DNA of 64,000 nt from an uncultured Flavobacteriales bacterium (lineage in GTDB: Bacteria > Bacteroidota > Bacteroidia > Flavobacteriales > JBLHRE01), in assembly GCA_937139155.1 (NCBI GenBank), contig CAKZPI010000019.1, positions 21,776 to 85,775 on the forward strand, read 5' to 3'. Shown here one piece after another: positions 54,143 to 63,380 of the stretch. Within the stretch, counting starts at the first letter, position 1, and the number at the start of each line of letters is the position of its first letter. A model generated the notes under the pieces. That model searched no databases, had not been told where the DNA came from, and worked only from the letters and a program-made list of their open reading frames with translations. The position numbers and the translations under genes are program-made.

Positions 54143-56641
54143 TTAGCTGTTTTTTTGATTTAGGTTTGTCAATAACTGTTCCAAAGCCATTTCATCAGGC
54201 ACTAAAACTTGACGGGCTTTTGAGCCTTCAAATGGACCAATGATGCCAGCGGCCTCAAGTTGGTCAACAATTCTACCAGCTCTATTGTAACCAAGTTTAA
54301 GCTTACGCTGGAGGAGTGAGGCAGACCCTTGCTGGTGGATAACCACAACCCTTGCGGCATCTTCAAATTTTGAATCTCTCTCGTCGAGGTCAACGCCACC
54401 TGCTGAGCTTCCTTCGTCTTCACCCACATATTCAGGAAGGAGTAGGGCTTCTGGATAACCTTGTTGGTTTCCGATGTAATCACAAACGGCCTCAACTTCA
54501 GGGGTATCAATAAATGCACATTGAATACGAATCAGTTCAGACCCCATAGACAAAAGCATATCTCCTCTACCGATTAATTGATCAGCTCCACCGGTATCTA
54601 AGATGGTTCTGGAGTCAATTTTAGAGGTAACCCGAAAGGCGATTCGAGCTGGGAAATTGGCCTTAATGATACCCGTTATCACGTTTACCGAGGGTCTTTG
54701 GGTGGCAATGATAAGGTGAATTCCAATGGCACGGGCCAGCTGGGCCAGCCTGGCAATTGGGGTTTCCACTTCTTTACCTGCGGTCATGATAAGGTCTGCA
54801 AATTCATCCACAACCAAAACAATGTAAGGAAGGTACCTATGGCCATCGTTGGGGTTTAGCTTCCTGGCAATGAATTTGGCATTGTATTCTTTAATGTTCC
54901 GAACCATTGCATTTTTGAGGAGGTCGTACCGCTGATCCATTTCAATGCACAATGAGTTCAGGGTATTGATAACCTTAGAAGTGTCGGTAATAATGGCATC
55001 TTCTGAATCGGGAAGCTTGGCCAAGAAATGTCTTTCGATGTGGTTGAAAAGGGTCAGCTCCACTTTCTTAGGGTCAACCAATACAAATTTCACCTGGGAT
55101 GGGTGCTTTTTGTAAAGAATGGAGGATAGGATGGCGTTCAGTCCAACCGATTTACCTTGTCCGGTAGCACCCGCCATAAGGAGGTGAGGCATTTTGGCAA
55201 GATCTGCTACAAAGGTTTCATTTGAAATGGTTTTACCCAGGGCTACCGGCAATTCCATGTTCGACTTCTTGAATTTCTCAGAAGCCAGCACGGACTTCAT
55301 GGAAACCACATTGGGGTTGGTTCGTGGAACTTCAATACCGATGGTTCCCTTTCCAGGGATGGGCGCAATGATTCGAATGCCCAGGGCTGCAAGGCTTAGG
55401 GCTATATCATCTTCAAGGTTTTTGATTTTCGAAATTCGAACCCCTGCTGCTGGCACTATTTCGTAAAGAGTAACGGTAGGACCAACGGTAGCGTTGATTT
55501 TGGAAACTTCAATCTTATAGTCAGCAAGGGTATTGACAATTTTCTTTTTGTTTTCAGAAAGCTCGTCTTTGTTCACTTCAATATTCCCTGAACCGTGGTC
55601 GTCAAGTAATTCAAGGGTGGGTAGTTGATACCTAGAGAGGTCAAGGGTGGGGTCGTAATCGCCAAAATCTTTACGATCGGCTTTATTGTCTTCCACAATT
55701 TCTTCTTCCTTGGTCTCCTGGATTTCCATTTCTACCCCGGTTTCATCCTCCATGTTCTCGGATATGCTTTCTTGAGAATCAACCAAATCTTCCGTGGTTT
55801 TCAGAGAGGTTCGGGTAGTGTCAATGGTTTCTTTAGATCGTTCAACCATTTTTTCGGATTCCTCGATAAGGTCTTCACCATCATGCTTTTGCCTTTTTTG
55901 CTGTTGCCCCATTTCAAACTGCAGGTCTTCAGGGGTTGTAGCTTCAGGATATTTTGCGCCTATCTCTACATTTCCGTGCTCAAAATCTTCGTCATTTTCA
56001 GTGGTGGTTGCTTGAGGAAGGGGAGCTTTCCGCTTCAAGCTTTGGAAAAAACCACGGATCATGGCCGGACTAATTCTAAAGACGATGGAGAGGAAGGCTA
56101 GGCCCAGGAAAATAATGATTAACCACGAGCCAATGGGTCCGGCGGCTGAGACCAGCCAGTTTTTGCTTGCCTGACCAATGTAACCGGCAAAGGGAGAAGA
56201 ATTCCACGCAAGTGCAGTAAATACAGGAAACCAAATTAGGTAGAAAATGCTGTGTTTTGTGAAGCGAATGAGGGAAAGCTTAAGTTTTTCTCCCAGCAAT
56301 ACCCGTAGGCCTAAAAGAATGCTGATGGCTGGTATTAGAATTGAAATCCATCCAAACCAGCGGTGAATGAACTGGTGAGCGGTTACGGCACCTAGTTTTC
56401 CAAGAAGGTTATCAACTTGGTATTCTGGGTCCTTCATTAAATCAAAAAAGGGTCTTGAAACCCAGCTTTGATCTGATTTCCAGTGGCTAAAATAGGAGAT
56501 GAAGGCAAGGAGTAGGAATAGGCCTAGGAAAACAAGGAAAATTCCGCTGAAGGTTAAAAGGGTTTGGTTTTTCCAGAATTTAGGAATGGTTAAGCCCTTG
56601 GCTGCGGAACCTTTTTTATTCACCTTCTTTTTTTTGGCCAT
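54143..56641 (-). CDS. ftsK: DNA translocase FtsK
   Basis: 832 aa with N-terminal TM helices, an acidic linker, a motor domain (LLMAGATGQGKSVGLN Walker A, VVDEFADL Walker B) and a C-terminal gamma winged helix (LLQRKLKLGYNRAGRIVDQLE). Confidence 0.95.
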   Translation of the reverse strand: MAKKKKVNKKGSAAKGLTIPKFWKNQTLLTFSGIFLVFLGLFLLLAFISYFSHWKSDQSWVSRPFFDLMKDPEYQVDNLLGKLGAVTAHQFIHRWFGWISILIPAISILLGLRVLLGEKLKLSLIRFTKHSIFYLIWFPVFTALAWNSSPFAGYIGQASKNWLVSAAGPIGSWLIIIFLGLAFLSIVFRISPAMIRGFFQSLKRKAPLPQATTTENDEDFEHGNVEIGAKYPEATTPEDLQFEMGQQQKRQKHDGEDLIEESEKMVERSKETIDTTRTSLKTTEDLVDSQESISENMEDETGVEMEIQETKEEEIVEDNKADRKDFGDYDPTLDLSRYQLPTLELLDDHGSGNIEVNKDELSENKKKIVNTLADYKIEVSKINATVGPTVTLYEIVPAAGVRISKIKNLEDDIALSLAALGIRIIAPIPGKGTIGIEVPRTNPNVVSMKSVLASEKFKKSNMELPVALGKTISNETFVADLAKMPHLLMAGATGQGKSVGLNAILSSILYKKHPSQVKFVLVDPKKVELTLFNHIERHFLAKLPDSEDAIITDTSKVINTLNSLCIEMDQRYDLLKNAMVRNIKEYNAKFIARKLNPNDGHRYLPYIVLVVDEFADLIMTAGKEVETPIARLAQLARAIGIHLIIATQRPSVNVITGIIKANFPARIAFRVTSKIDSRTILDTGGADQLIGRGDMLLSMGSELIRIQCAFIDTPEVEAVCDYIGNQQGYPEALLLPEYVGEDEGSSAGGVDLDERDSKFEDAARVVVIHQQGSASLLQRKLKLGYNRAGRIVDQLEAAGIIGPFEGSKARQVLVPDEMALEQLLTNLNQKNS

Positions 56642-56701
56642 GTATGGGAGTTTTATGGGAGAGCAAAGCTAAATTTTTCTGGCTCAAAATCACCAGCACC
56701 C

Positions 56702-56736
56702 AAAAATAGAAAAGGCCACCATATTGGCAGCCTTTT
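56702..56736 (-). terminator. Candidate intrinsic terminator of rplS
   Basis: The outer 7-bp stem AAAAGGC/GCCTTTT encloses a 2x2 internal loop and an inner 3-bp stem. The minus strand continues CTATTTTTG. Confidence 0.5.
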
Positions 56737-56757
56737 CAATGAAATCTTTTGCAGGGC

Positions 56758-57114
56758 TTAGGCGTTACGACGCTCTTTAATACGAGCGGCCTTACCTTGA
56801 CGCTGACGAAGGTAGAAGATACGTGCTCTACGTACCATACCTTTTTTGTTCACCTCAATCTTTTCAATGGCAGGTGAGGTGATGGGGAAAATCCGCTCTA
56901 CACCAATTCCTGAACTCATCTTACGAATGGTAAAGGTTTCTGAGGTACCTGAGCCACGGCGTTGCAAAACAACCCCTTGGAAGAACTGAGTTCTTTCTTT
57001 GTTACCCTCTTTAATTTTGTAATAAACTGTGATGGTATCTCCGGCCTGAAATGCAGGGAATTCACGAGTTTCAACGAAGCTGTCCTGAACGTACTTTACT
57101 AAGTCCATGATCAA
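56758..57114 (-). CDS. rplS: 50S ribosomal protein L19
   Basis: 118 aa with [28 protein letters not shown] and RRAKIFYLR-like motifs. Confidence 0.95.
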   Translation of the reverse strand: MIMDLVKYVQDSFVETREFPAFQAGDTITVYYKIKEGNKERTQFFQGVVLQRRGSGTSETFTIRKMSSGIGVERIFPITSPAIEKIEVNKKGMVRRARIFYLRQRQGKAARIKERRNA

Positions 57115-57190
57115 TTTTTATTAGTTTCTCCTCTAACCAGCATTCTTCAACCCTTGAACAGAGGCTAATCAGATTCCGCCTAAGCGGCTG

Positions 57191-57223
57191 CAAAAGTAAG
57201 GCTTATCAACAAAAAATCCACAA
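57191..57223 (-). promoter_or_regulatory. Promoter candidate of rplS
   Basis: On the minus strand TTG (57223-57221) is followed by a 22-nt spacer and TACTTTTG (57198-57191). This predicts a 5' UTR of roughly 70 nt. Confidence 0.5.
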
Positions 57224-57335
57224 ATACTTTCTAAAAAAAACAATGAATCAAGATTATTTTCTAAGTCTCTTGATTTCAGAGACTAAAGAGATTATCTTTA
57301 GGGCCTGAATTGAACAATATATTTCCACTCATTTC

Positions 57336-57539
57336 ATGAAATTATCAATCCTTTCCGGCATTGCCTTGGTGGTTTTGGCCGGAGTGTTTTATGCACACGC
57401 ATTTATGGATTCCTCTGAAGAATCCAATCAACCTGCCATTAATGAGGGTCCTAAGGCTGCTCAAGTCAGTCCAAATGCCATGGTAACTGAACCTGGTGAT
57501 ACCCTTAATTTGGATAAGAATTCAGAATTGCAAGAGTAG
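57336..57539 (+). CDS. Small membrane-anchored hypothetical protein
   Basis: 67-aa ORF with one N-terminal TM helix and a disordered acidic tail. A near-consensus -7 box TATCTTTA (57293-57300) has a TTG 20 nt upstream. I recognise no homology. Confidence 0.4.
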   Translation: MKLSILSGIALVVLAGVFYAHAFMDSSEESNQPAINEGPKAAQVSPNAMVTEPGDTLNLDKNSELQE

Positions 57540-57748
57540 GGGGGCACCCGATTTAAGAGGGAGGTCTTCCTAATTAAAAGCTGAATCTACAGTAAGAAAA
57601 TATGCCTCAAACTGGTTTATGCCAATTTGGGGTATTTTTTATTCTAGTCCGTTGGGCCTTAGAAAAATCATACATGCATTAAAAACCAGTGGTTTAAATC
57701 TGAATTCAAAACCTGTGGCCCTGGTTTATTTGAACCGGGAAAAAAACC

Positions 57749-57777
57749 TTGTAATTCTTTTGCTTATCATACTTTTG
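57749..57777 (+). promoter_or_regulatory. Bacteroidota-type promoter of the yitT-family gene
   Basis: TTG at 57749-57751 is followed by an 18-nt spacer and TACTTTTG at 57770-57777, 16 nt upstream of ATG 57794. Confidence 0.55.
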
Positions 57778-57793
57778 ACAAATAATCTAGAAC

Positions 57794-58765
57794 ATGAGAA
57801 GTTATTTGGGGAAAGTACTAAAGGGGATTGTTCGAACTCGAATTAAGTTAAGAGGAGAGGTGCCTGCTCTTTCTGAGTATAAGAAGGAGTTAAACCAAAC
57901 CGGGGTTGAGATTCAACATTGGTTCAAGGAAGGACTTCTTTTGATACTGGGGGTGATTTCGGCCAGTTTTGGTTTGGGCGGATTTCTACTGCCCAATTCG
58001 TTTATTGACGGGGGCGTAACCGGGATTTCCTTAATAGTTACTGAACTCACCGGTATTTCATTGTCGATTTGGATTGTGGTCATTAACCTTCCTTTTCTCA
58101 TTTTGGGGTTTAAAGTAATCAACCGTCGGTTTGCCATTCGGAGCATTGTGGCCATCATTCTTTTGGCCTTGGCGGTTCACTTAATTCCTCTACCTACCGT
58201 AACCGATGATAAACTACTGATTGCCGTCTTTGGGGGATTCTTTCTTGGGCTTGGAATTGGGTTGGCCATTCGAGGAGCGGCGGTTCTGGATGGCACTGAG
58301 GTATTGGCCATTTTTGTGAGCCGGAAGGCATCCATAACCATAGGAGACACCATATTGATTTTCAACGTGATGATTTTTTGCGTTGGAGCTTATGTTTTTT
58401 CGGTTGAGATTGCCTTATATGCCATTCTCACCTATTTGGCTACGGCAAAAACGGTTGACTTTGTGGTGGATGGTATTGAAGAATACATTGGGGTTACCAT
58501 TATTTCAGAGCAGCCCGAAGAAATTAGAATGGCCATTATTGAAAAGCTAGGAAGAGGTTGCACCATTTACAAAGGGAAGAAGGGATATGCTCCTAGAGGT
58601 GTTGAGCTAAAGGACACGGATATAGTTTATACCTTAATTACCAGATTAGAAATGACCAGTCTTCAAACCGAAATTGATAAAATCGACAAGCAGGCTTTTA
58701 CGGTAATGCATAGCATAAAGGATGCTAAAGGAGGTATGATTAAAAAACGGCCCATACCTCATTAA
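57794..58765 (+). CDS. YitT family membrane protein (DUF2179 C-terminal domain)
   Basis: 323 aa with five or six TM helices containing GGVTGISL and GGFFLGLG motifs and a C-terminal soluble domain (IGVTIISEQPEEI...GCTIYKGKKGY). A good promoter lies upstream. Confidence 0.8.
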   Translation: MRSYLGKVLKGIVRTRIKLRGEVPALSEYKKELNQTGVEIQHWFKEGLLLILGVISASFGLGGFLLPNSFIDGGVTGISLIVTELTGISLSIWIVVINLPFLILGFKVINRRFAIRSIVAIILLALAVHLIPLPTVTDDKLLIAVFGGFFLGLGIGLAIRGAAVLDGTEVLAIFVSRKASITIGDTILIFNVMIFCVGAYVFSVEIALYAILTYLATAKTVDFVVDGIEEYIGVTIISEQPEEIRMAIIEKLGRGCTIYKGKKGYAPRGVELKDTDIVYTLITRLEMTSLQTEIDKIDKQAFTVMHSIKDAKGGMIKKRPIPH

Positions 58766-58794
58766 AGACTTTTTAGTATTGAGCTACCCTAGTA

Positions 58795-61692
58795 TCAGGA
58801 CCTAGAGAGCCATTTGACCAACATGCCTAATAAAACCTCACGATCTAGGGGTTTAGAGATATAATCAATAAATCCCTCTTGAAGAAAATAATCCTTTTCG
58901 TGGCTCAGGGCATAGGCTGACTGGGCAATTATTTTAAGGTCGGGATTTACACTTAGGAGTTGTTTGGTGGCTTCAAGTCCGCTTAATTCTGGCATCCGAA
59001 TGTCCATGAGAATCAGGTCAATATCCTTTCTTTTTTCAACCATTTCAATGGCTTCTTTCCCGGTGCCTGCAAAGATCAATTCCATGGGAATGTCTTTGAA
59101 AAACTCTTTAAAAAGGTGGGTGTTGGTATGGTTGTCTTCCGCAATTAATATTGTTTTACCCTTGAGAACGTTCAGGTTTATGTCCTTTTTCGGCGCTGGT
59201 TTTGTGTTTGAACTTGCAGGAATGAAGGGAAGGTGAAATTCAAAAAGGCTTCCCATTCCGAGGCTAGAGTCAAGCCTTATGCTTCCACCCAGTAAGGTTA
59301 CAATCCCTCTAACTATTGAAAGTCCTAAGCCAGTTCCTTCATGAAAAGATTGATTGGCATTGTTAATGAGCTGCTCAAACCGGTTGAAAATCACCTTTTG
59401 ATCTTTTTTGGCAATTCCAATTCCAGTGTCGATCACAAAGAAGTGAATCCGGTCATTTTCAATTTTAAAACCAAATTCAATGGTTCCTTTTTTGGTAAAC
59501 TTAAGGGCATTGCTGAGCAGGTTGGACAAAACCTGCTTGATTCGGTCTGGGTCAGATTCGGCAAATATGTTTTCACTGCCTTCCGGAAGATTCAAAGCCA
59601 AATCAATCTCCTCTTTTCCCTTTTGATTTTTGATCTCTTTAAAAACTAAGAATAGATCGTTCAGAATTTTATGAGGGGAGTAGGTCTCTTCTTTTATACT
59701 CAGCTGTCCGGCCTCAATTTTAGAAACATCAATGATGTCATTGATTAGCTGAAGAAGTTCTTTAGAGTTATCTTGAATGATGTTGACATACTGGTCACGT
59801 TTTGATTTGCTCAATCCTTTCCTTTTTAAGAGCTGAGCAAAGCCAACCACCCCGTTCATAGGGGTTCGAATTTCATGACTCATATTTGCCAGGAAGGCAG
59901 ATTTCAATTTATCGTTTTCCTCGGCTTTTTGCTTGGCCTTTAGAAGTTCAATTTCAGCCAGCTTCTGACGGGTAACCTCTATAAACATTCCAACAACCTT
60001 ATGAACGGGCTTGCCAGGAGCTTCACGTTTCGGGTAAGACCGGTCTCGAATATATTTTAGGTCGCCGTTTTTTGAATGGATGCGGATGATTTCGTCCACT
60101 TCCTCACCTTTCATCAAAGATTGACTTACTGAAAGCTTGAGTTCCCGATCGTCAGGGTGAATGATTTGGTGAATTTTTCCTTCCTCAATTAGCTCTTTGG
60201 CTGAATACCCTGTAATCCGCTCAATGGCCCCGAAAGACCAGTCTAAGCTCAAGCTTTGGTCAGGATTAATAAAATACGAATAGGTATAATCAACGGCTAG
60301 TTCGGATATTTTTTTGAACCGACTTTCGTTCTCCTTTAGTTTTTCCTCGGCCAGGGTCCTTTCATGAACATCTAAAATGGTTCCAAAAACAAGGTCAATA
60401 TTTCCAGATGCATTTCTGTTTCCTTGGCCCTTAATGTGGCAATACCTTTCAGTTCCCCCATTTTGTTTAATTTTTACATCCATGTCAATGGAATCCCCTT
60501 GACCTGCCGAATTTTCCAAGGCTTTTTGAAAAGCTTTGAAATCATTTAGGTTGAAATAAGGTTTTAACGCATCCAGGCTTAGAGGATGCTGACCTTCAGG
60601 AAAATTAAAGATGAATCCTGCCCCATCTGACCAGTCGAGTTTTCCCTGTGTCGGATTCCAAGACCAATTGCCGATGCCTGCCTGCTTCTCTGCTTCAATG
60701 AGAAGGGTTTTGGTTTTTTGAAGGGCTTTCTCAGTTAAAACCTGCTCAGTTACATTTCTGGCAACCCCAATGATTCGGTAAATTTTATTGGACTCATCCA
60801 TCAATGGAATAAGCTGGGTATTCAATATTTTGCTTTCCAGCTTATCGTCAAAAAAAATGGCCTTACGTTCTTTGAGGCACCTGCAGAGTTGGGCATTTAA
60901 AATCTTGAAAGACTCCTGGTCTAAGCATTGATCAACGAATTCACCTTCTTTTAATTTTCCAAAGGTCTCTTTCAGTTTTGGATTGGTTGCAATGATCTTA
61001 AACCGGTTTCCTTCCTCTACATTTAAAATGTAAATATGGTCATTGGTGTTTTCAAAAATCTGAAGGGTCTCCTGCTCTGATCCTTCTCCCGGAAACAGAT
61101 TATTAGGGGTCTGAAATTCTAGTTTTTCAAGGTGTTCCTTTATTAACCCAGGCATTTCGTCAATTTTAACAAGGTGATTTTTGAGATTTGAACCTTTGGT
61201 TATTTTTTGGATTTCATCAAAACCTTCCTGAGAATCATGTATTAAGCTTAATCCGCCCAGGTCATTAATTTCCGCAAGGCTTAAAATTCCATCTTTCGCA
61301 TTACCTGATAGAAGAACCCCAATCGCTTTTTCTTTTAATTGGTTTTTCATGGACCTGAAAAAGGTATTTATGGGAAATGGGTGGTTTTCATTTTCAGGTA
61401 TAGGATTTAGAACCAAGCGAGCAGCCTCTAGGGTCAGTAGTTGGTTTGAAGGAGAGAGGTAGATTTTTCCAGGCTTAAGAGGGGAGTCATTCTGAATTTC
61501 AGTAACCTCCATTCTTGTGATCCTGGCCAAGGATTCTGCGGTAAACCCTTTACCTATGCCAGAGTACTCTTGAATAATAACAAAGGCAAGACCCATTAAT
61601 TTAGGAAGGTGTTTAAAAAAATCTTCCAATTCATTCAGGCCATCTTTCGAGGTTCCTATTGCTATTAAAGGTACTGTCATGCGTTTATTCAA
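58795..61692 (-). CDS. Hybrid sensor histidine kinase/response regulator with N-terminal CheB-like domain and PAS domains
   Basis: 965 aa. Aa 1-190 are CheB methylesterase-like (IAIGTSKDGLNEL, VLLSGNAKDG). Multiple PAS/PAC repeats occupy aa ~200-590. The H-box is FLANMSHEIRTPMNG, HATPase motifs are (NLLSNALKFT, DTGIGI, GTGLGLS), and the C-terminal receiver is (ILIAEDN...DLILMDIRMP...K). Confidence 0.9.
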   Translation of the reverse strand: MNKRMTVPLIAIGTSKDGLNELEDFFKHLPKLMGLAFVIIQEYSGIGKGFTAESLARITRMEVTEIQNDSPLKPGKIYLSPSNQLLTLEAARLVLNPIPENENHPFPINTFFRSMKNQLKEKAIGVLLSGNAKDGILSLAEINDLGGLSLIHDSQEGFDEIQKITKGSNLKNHLVKIDEMPGLIKEHLEKLEFQTPNNLFPGEGSEQETLQIFENTNDHIYILNVEEGNRFKIIATNPKLKETFGKLKEGEFVDQCLDQESFKILNAQLCRCLKERKAIFFDDKLESKILNTQLIPLMDESNKIYRIIGVARNVTEQVLTEKALQKTKTLLIEAEKQAGIGNWSWNPTQGKLDWSDGAGFIFNFPEGQHPLSLDALKPYFNLNDFKAFQKALENSAGQGDSIDMDVKIKQNGGTERYCHIKGQGNRNASGNIDLVFGTILDVHERTLAEEKLKENESRFKKISELAVDYTYSYFINPDQSLSLDWSFGAIERITGYSAKELIEEGKIHQIIHPDDRELKLSVSQSLMKGEEVDEIIRIHSKNGDLKYIRDRSYPKREAPGKPVHKVVGMFIEVTRQKLAEIELLKAKQKAEENDKLKSAFLANMSHEIRTPMNGVVGFAQLLKRKGLSKSKRDQYVNIIQDNSKELLQLINDIIDVSKIEAGQLSIKEETYSPHKILNDLFLVFKEIKNQKGKEEIDLALNLPEGSENIFAESDPDRIKQVLSNLLSNALKFTKKGTIEFGFKIENDRIHFFVIDTGIGIAKKDQKVIFNRFEQLINNANQSFHEGTGLGLSIVRGIVTLLGGSIRLDSSLGMGSLFEFHLPFIPASSNTKPAPKKDINLNVLKGKTILIAEDNHTNTHLFKEFFKDIPMELIFAGTGKEAIEMVEKRKDIDLILMDIRMPELSGLEATKQLLSVNPDLKIIAQSAYALSHEKDYFLQEGFIDYISKPLDREVLLGMLVKWLSRS

Positions 61693-61854
61693 AGTTCCAA
61701 GGGCTTGCTATTAGAAGGGGGCAAAGATATAGGGTAATCAAATCGAAAAGCTGCGAATTAAAGGAAATAACAAAAAAGTTAATTCTAGTAAATCTGAATC
61801 TCAGATTAAGAAAGCGTTAAGAATTGAGGCCTTGCTTTTAAGCAGCTTGGCACT

Positions 61855-62532
61855 TCAATTGTCAAGAAGGTCAGGTCTTCTTTCCTGAGTACGTTGCAAT
61901 GCTTTCTCATGCCGCCATTCTTCAATTTTCGGAAAGTTCCCTGAAAGCAGAATGTCCGGCACCTTTTCGCCCTTGAAATCGGCAGGACGGGTATATACAG
62001 GCGGGGCAAGAAGTCCGTCTTGAAAAGAGTCGGTAAGGGCGGAAGTTTCATCGTTCAAGACCCCGGGAAGCAAGCGAATCACAGCATCAGCTACAACCGC
62101 TGCGGCAAGTTCACCCCCTGAGAGCACAAAATCCCCAATTGAGATTTCCATAGAAACATACTTGTCACGGATCCGTTGATCAATTCCTTTATAATGTCCG
62201 CAAATCATCATTAGGTTGCCCTTCAGAGAGAGAGAGTTGGCAATTTTCTGATTAAAGGTTAGGCCATCGGGGGTTAGGTAAATGATTTCATCGTATGCTC
62301 TTTCCGCCTTGAGCGAATCAATGATGGCTGATAATGGCTCACACATCAATACCATGCCTGCTCCTCCTCCAAATTGATAATCATCAACTTGATTGTGCTT
62401 TCCTAATCCATAGTCTTTTAAATTGTGAAGATGAACTTCGGCAATTCCCTTGAGTTTGGCCCTTTTCAAAATGCTGGCCTCGAATGGAGAAGTGATAAGT
62501 TCAGGGAGTACAGAGATGATATCGATTCGCAT
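61855..62532 (-). CDS. trmD: tRNA (guanine37-N1)-methyltransferase
   Basis: 225 aa with [28 protein letters not shown] and [11 protein letters not shown] motifs. Confidence 0.95.
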   Translation of the reverse strand: MRIDIISVLPELITSPFEASILKRAKLKGIAEVHLHNLKDYGLGKHNQVDDYQFGGGAGMVLMCEPLSAIIDSLKAERAYDEIIYLTPDGLTFNQKIANSLSLKGNLMMICGHYKGIDQRIRDKYVSMEISIGDFVLSGGELAAAVVADAVIRLLPGVLNDETSALTDSFQDGLLAPPVYTRPADFKGEKVPDILLSGNFPKIEEWRHEKALQRTQERRPDLLDN

Positions 62533-62599
62533 GGGGCAAATTTAGGGTAAAATGAGCCATGTGTTTTTTTGAATCTAAACTTTATACTAGCTTGCTTGC

Positions 62600-63223
62600 A
62601 TGGCTTTGAGAATAAAACCTTTAACCCCTGCTGATGCTCAGCATTACCTGAAGATTTACGCACCCTTCGTTAAGAATTCGCACGCCAGTTTTGAGTATGA
62701 AATTCCTGATTTATCTGAAATTAAAACTAGGATTGAAAGGGTAGGGGAGCGGCATCATGGTTTGGGCTTATGGAAAAATCAAAAGTTTCTAGGCTTTGCC
62801 TTAGCGGGGAAACATAGAGACCGTGAAGGTTATAAATATTCGGTTGAAACATCCATCTATTTCTCTCCAGAAGCTCGAGGCAATAAATGGGGGCATCCGT
62901 TTTATGAGTTTTTATTGGAGGGGCTTAGGTTGCAGGGCTTTTTAACCGCTGTAGCGGGAATCGCATTGCCCAATCCAGACTCTGTGGCCCTTCACGAAAA
63001 CCTGGGGTTTCAAAAAATTGGAACCTATAAACATATTGGCTTTAAAGAAGGGAAATGGATCCATACCGAATGGTATCAATCTCATCTTTCTGCCCCTCCC
63101 AAACTACCGCCTAACCTCATTTCTAAAGAAGAGTTGTTTCAATTACCTCATTGGCAAGAAAAGAAGATTTTAACGGAGAAAATTCTCAACCTAAGGCTGG
63201 ATCTTCACAAAACCCACCTTTGA
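62600..63223 (+). CDS. GNAT family N-acetyltransferase (phosphinothricin acetyltransferase-like)
   Basis: 207 aa with a GNAT core (SIYFSPEARGNKWGHPFYEFLLEGL, ALHENLGFQKIG). The C-terminal ~45 aa extension is unassigned. Confidence 0.7.
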   Translation: MALRIKPLTPADAQHYLKIYAPFVKNSHASFEYEIPDLSEIKTRIERVGERHHGLGLWKNQKFLGFALAGKHRDREGYKYSVETSIYFSPEARGNKWGHPFYEFLLEGLRLQGFLTAVAGIALPNPDSVALHENLGFQKIGTYKHIGFKEGKWIHTEWYQSHLSAPPKLPPNLISKEELFQLPHWQEKKILTEKILNLRLDLHKTHL

Positions 63224-63354
63224 CACTTTGTCAGTCACTTGCTTTAAAATTCTATTTATCAGTATTGTTAACCACCTCAATTAAACTTAATATTTAAGTT
63301 GTTTTCGCTAATAAAATAAATCCGCGAAAGCGAAATCTCGTGGAGATAAAGGCG

Positions 63355-63362
63355 TACTTTTG
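63355..63362 (+). promoter_or_regulatory. -7 box candidate for typA
   Basis: TACTTTTG lies 18 nt upstream of ATG 63381 and is followed by CAGGC. No clear -33 TTG is present. Confidence 0.4.
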
Positions 63363-63380
63363 CAGGCTTAAATTCAGTAC

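Noticed and set aside
55625-56101. A 158-aa plus-strand ORF antisense to the ftsK linker region.
   Set aside because: This is a shadow ORF opposite the low-complexity acidic linker of ftsK. It has no promoter box or recognisable domain.
57540-57760. A 220-bp non-coding stretch checked for a small RNA gene (SRP RNA, 6S, tmRNA, tRNA).
   Set aside because: I could not find the conserved motifs of any of these RNAs. It contains only short palindromes (AAACCAGTGGTTT; CCCTGGTT...AACCGGG) without terminator T-runs. A covariance-model scan would be needed to say more.
57619-57846. A 75-aa plus-strand ORF in the spacer before the yitT-family gene.
   Set aside because: It runs across the yitT promoter and start codon in another frame, and it has low-complexity sequence and no upstream signals.
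61791-61807. The perfect inverted repeat AATCTGA-ATC-TCAGATT downstream of trmD, considered as its terminator.
   Set aside because: The stem is only 7 bp and AT-rich, and on the minus strand the T-run begins 13 nt after the hairpin. It is not a convincing intrinsic terminator.
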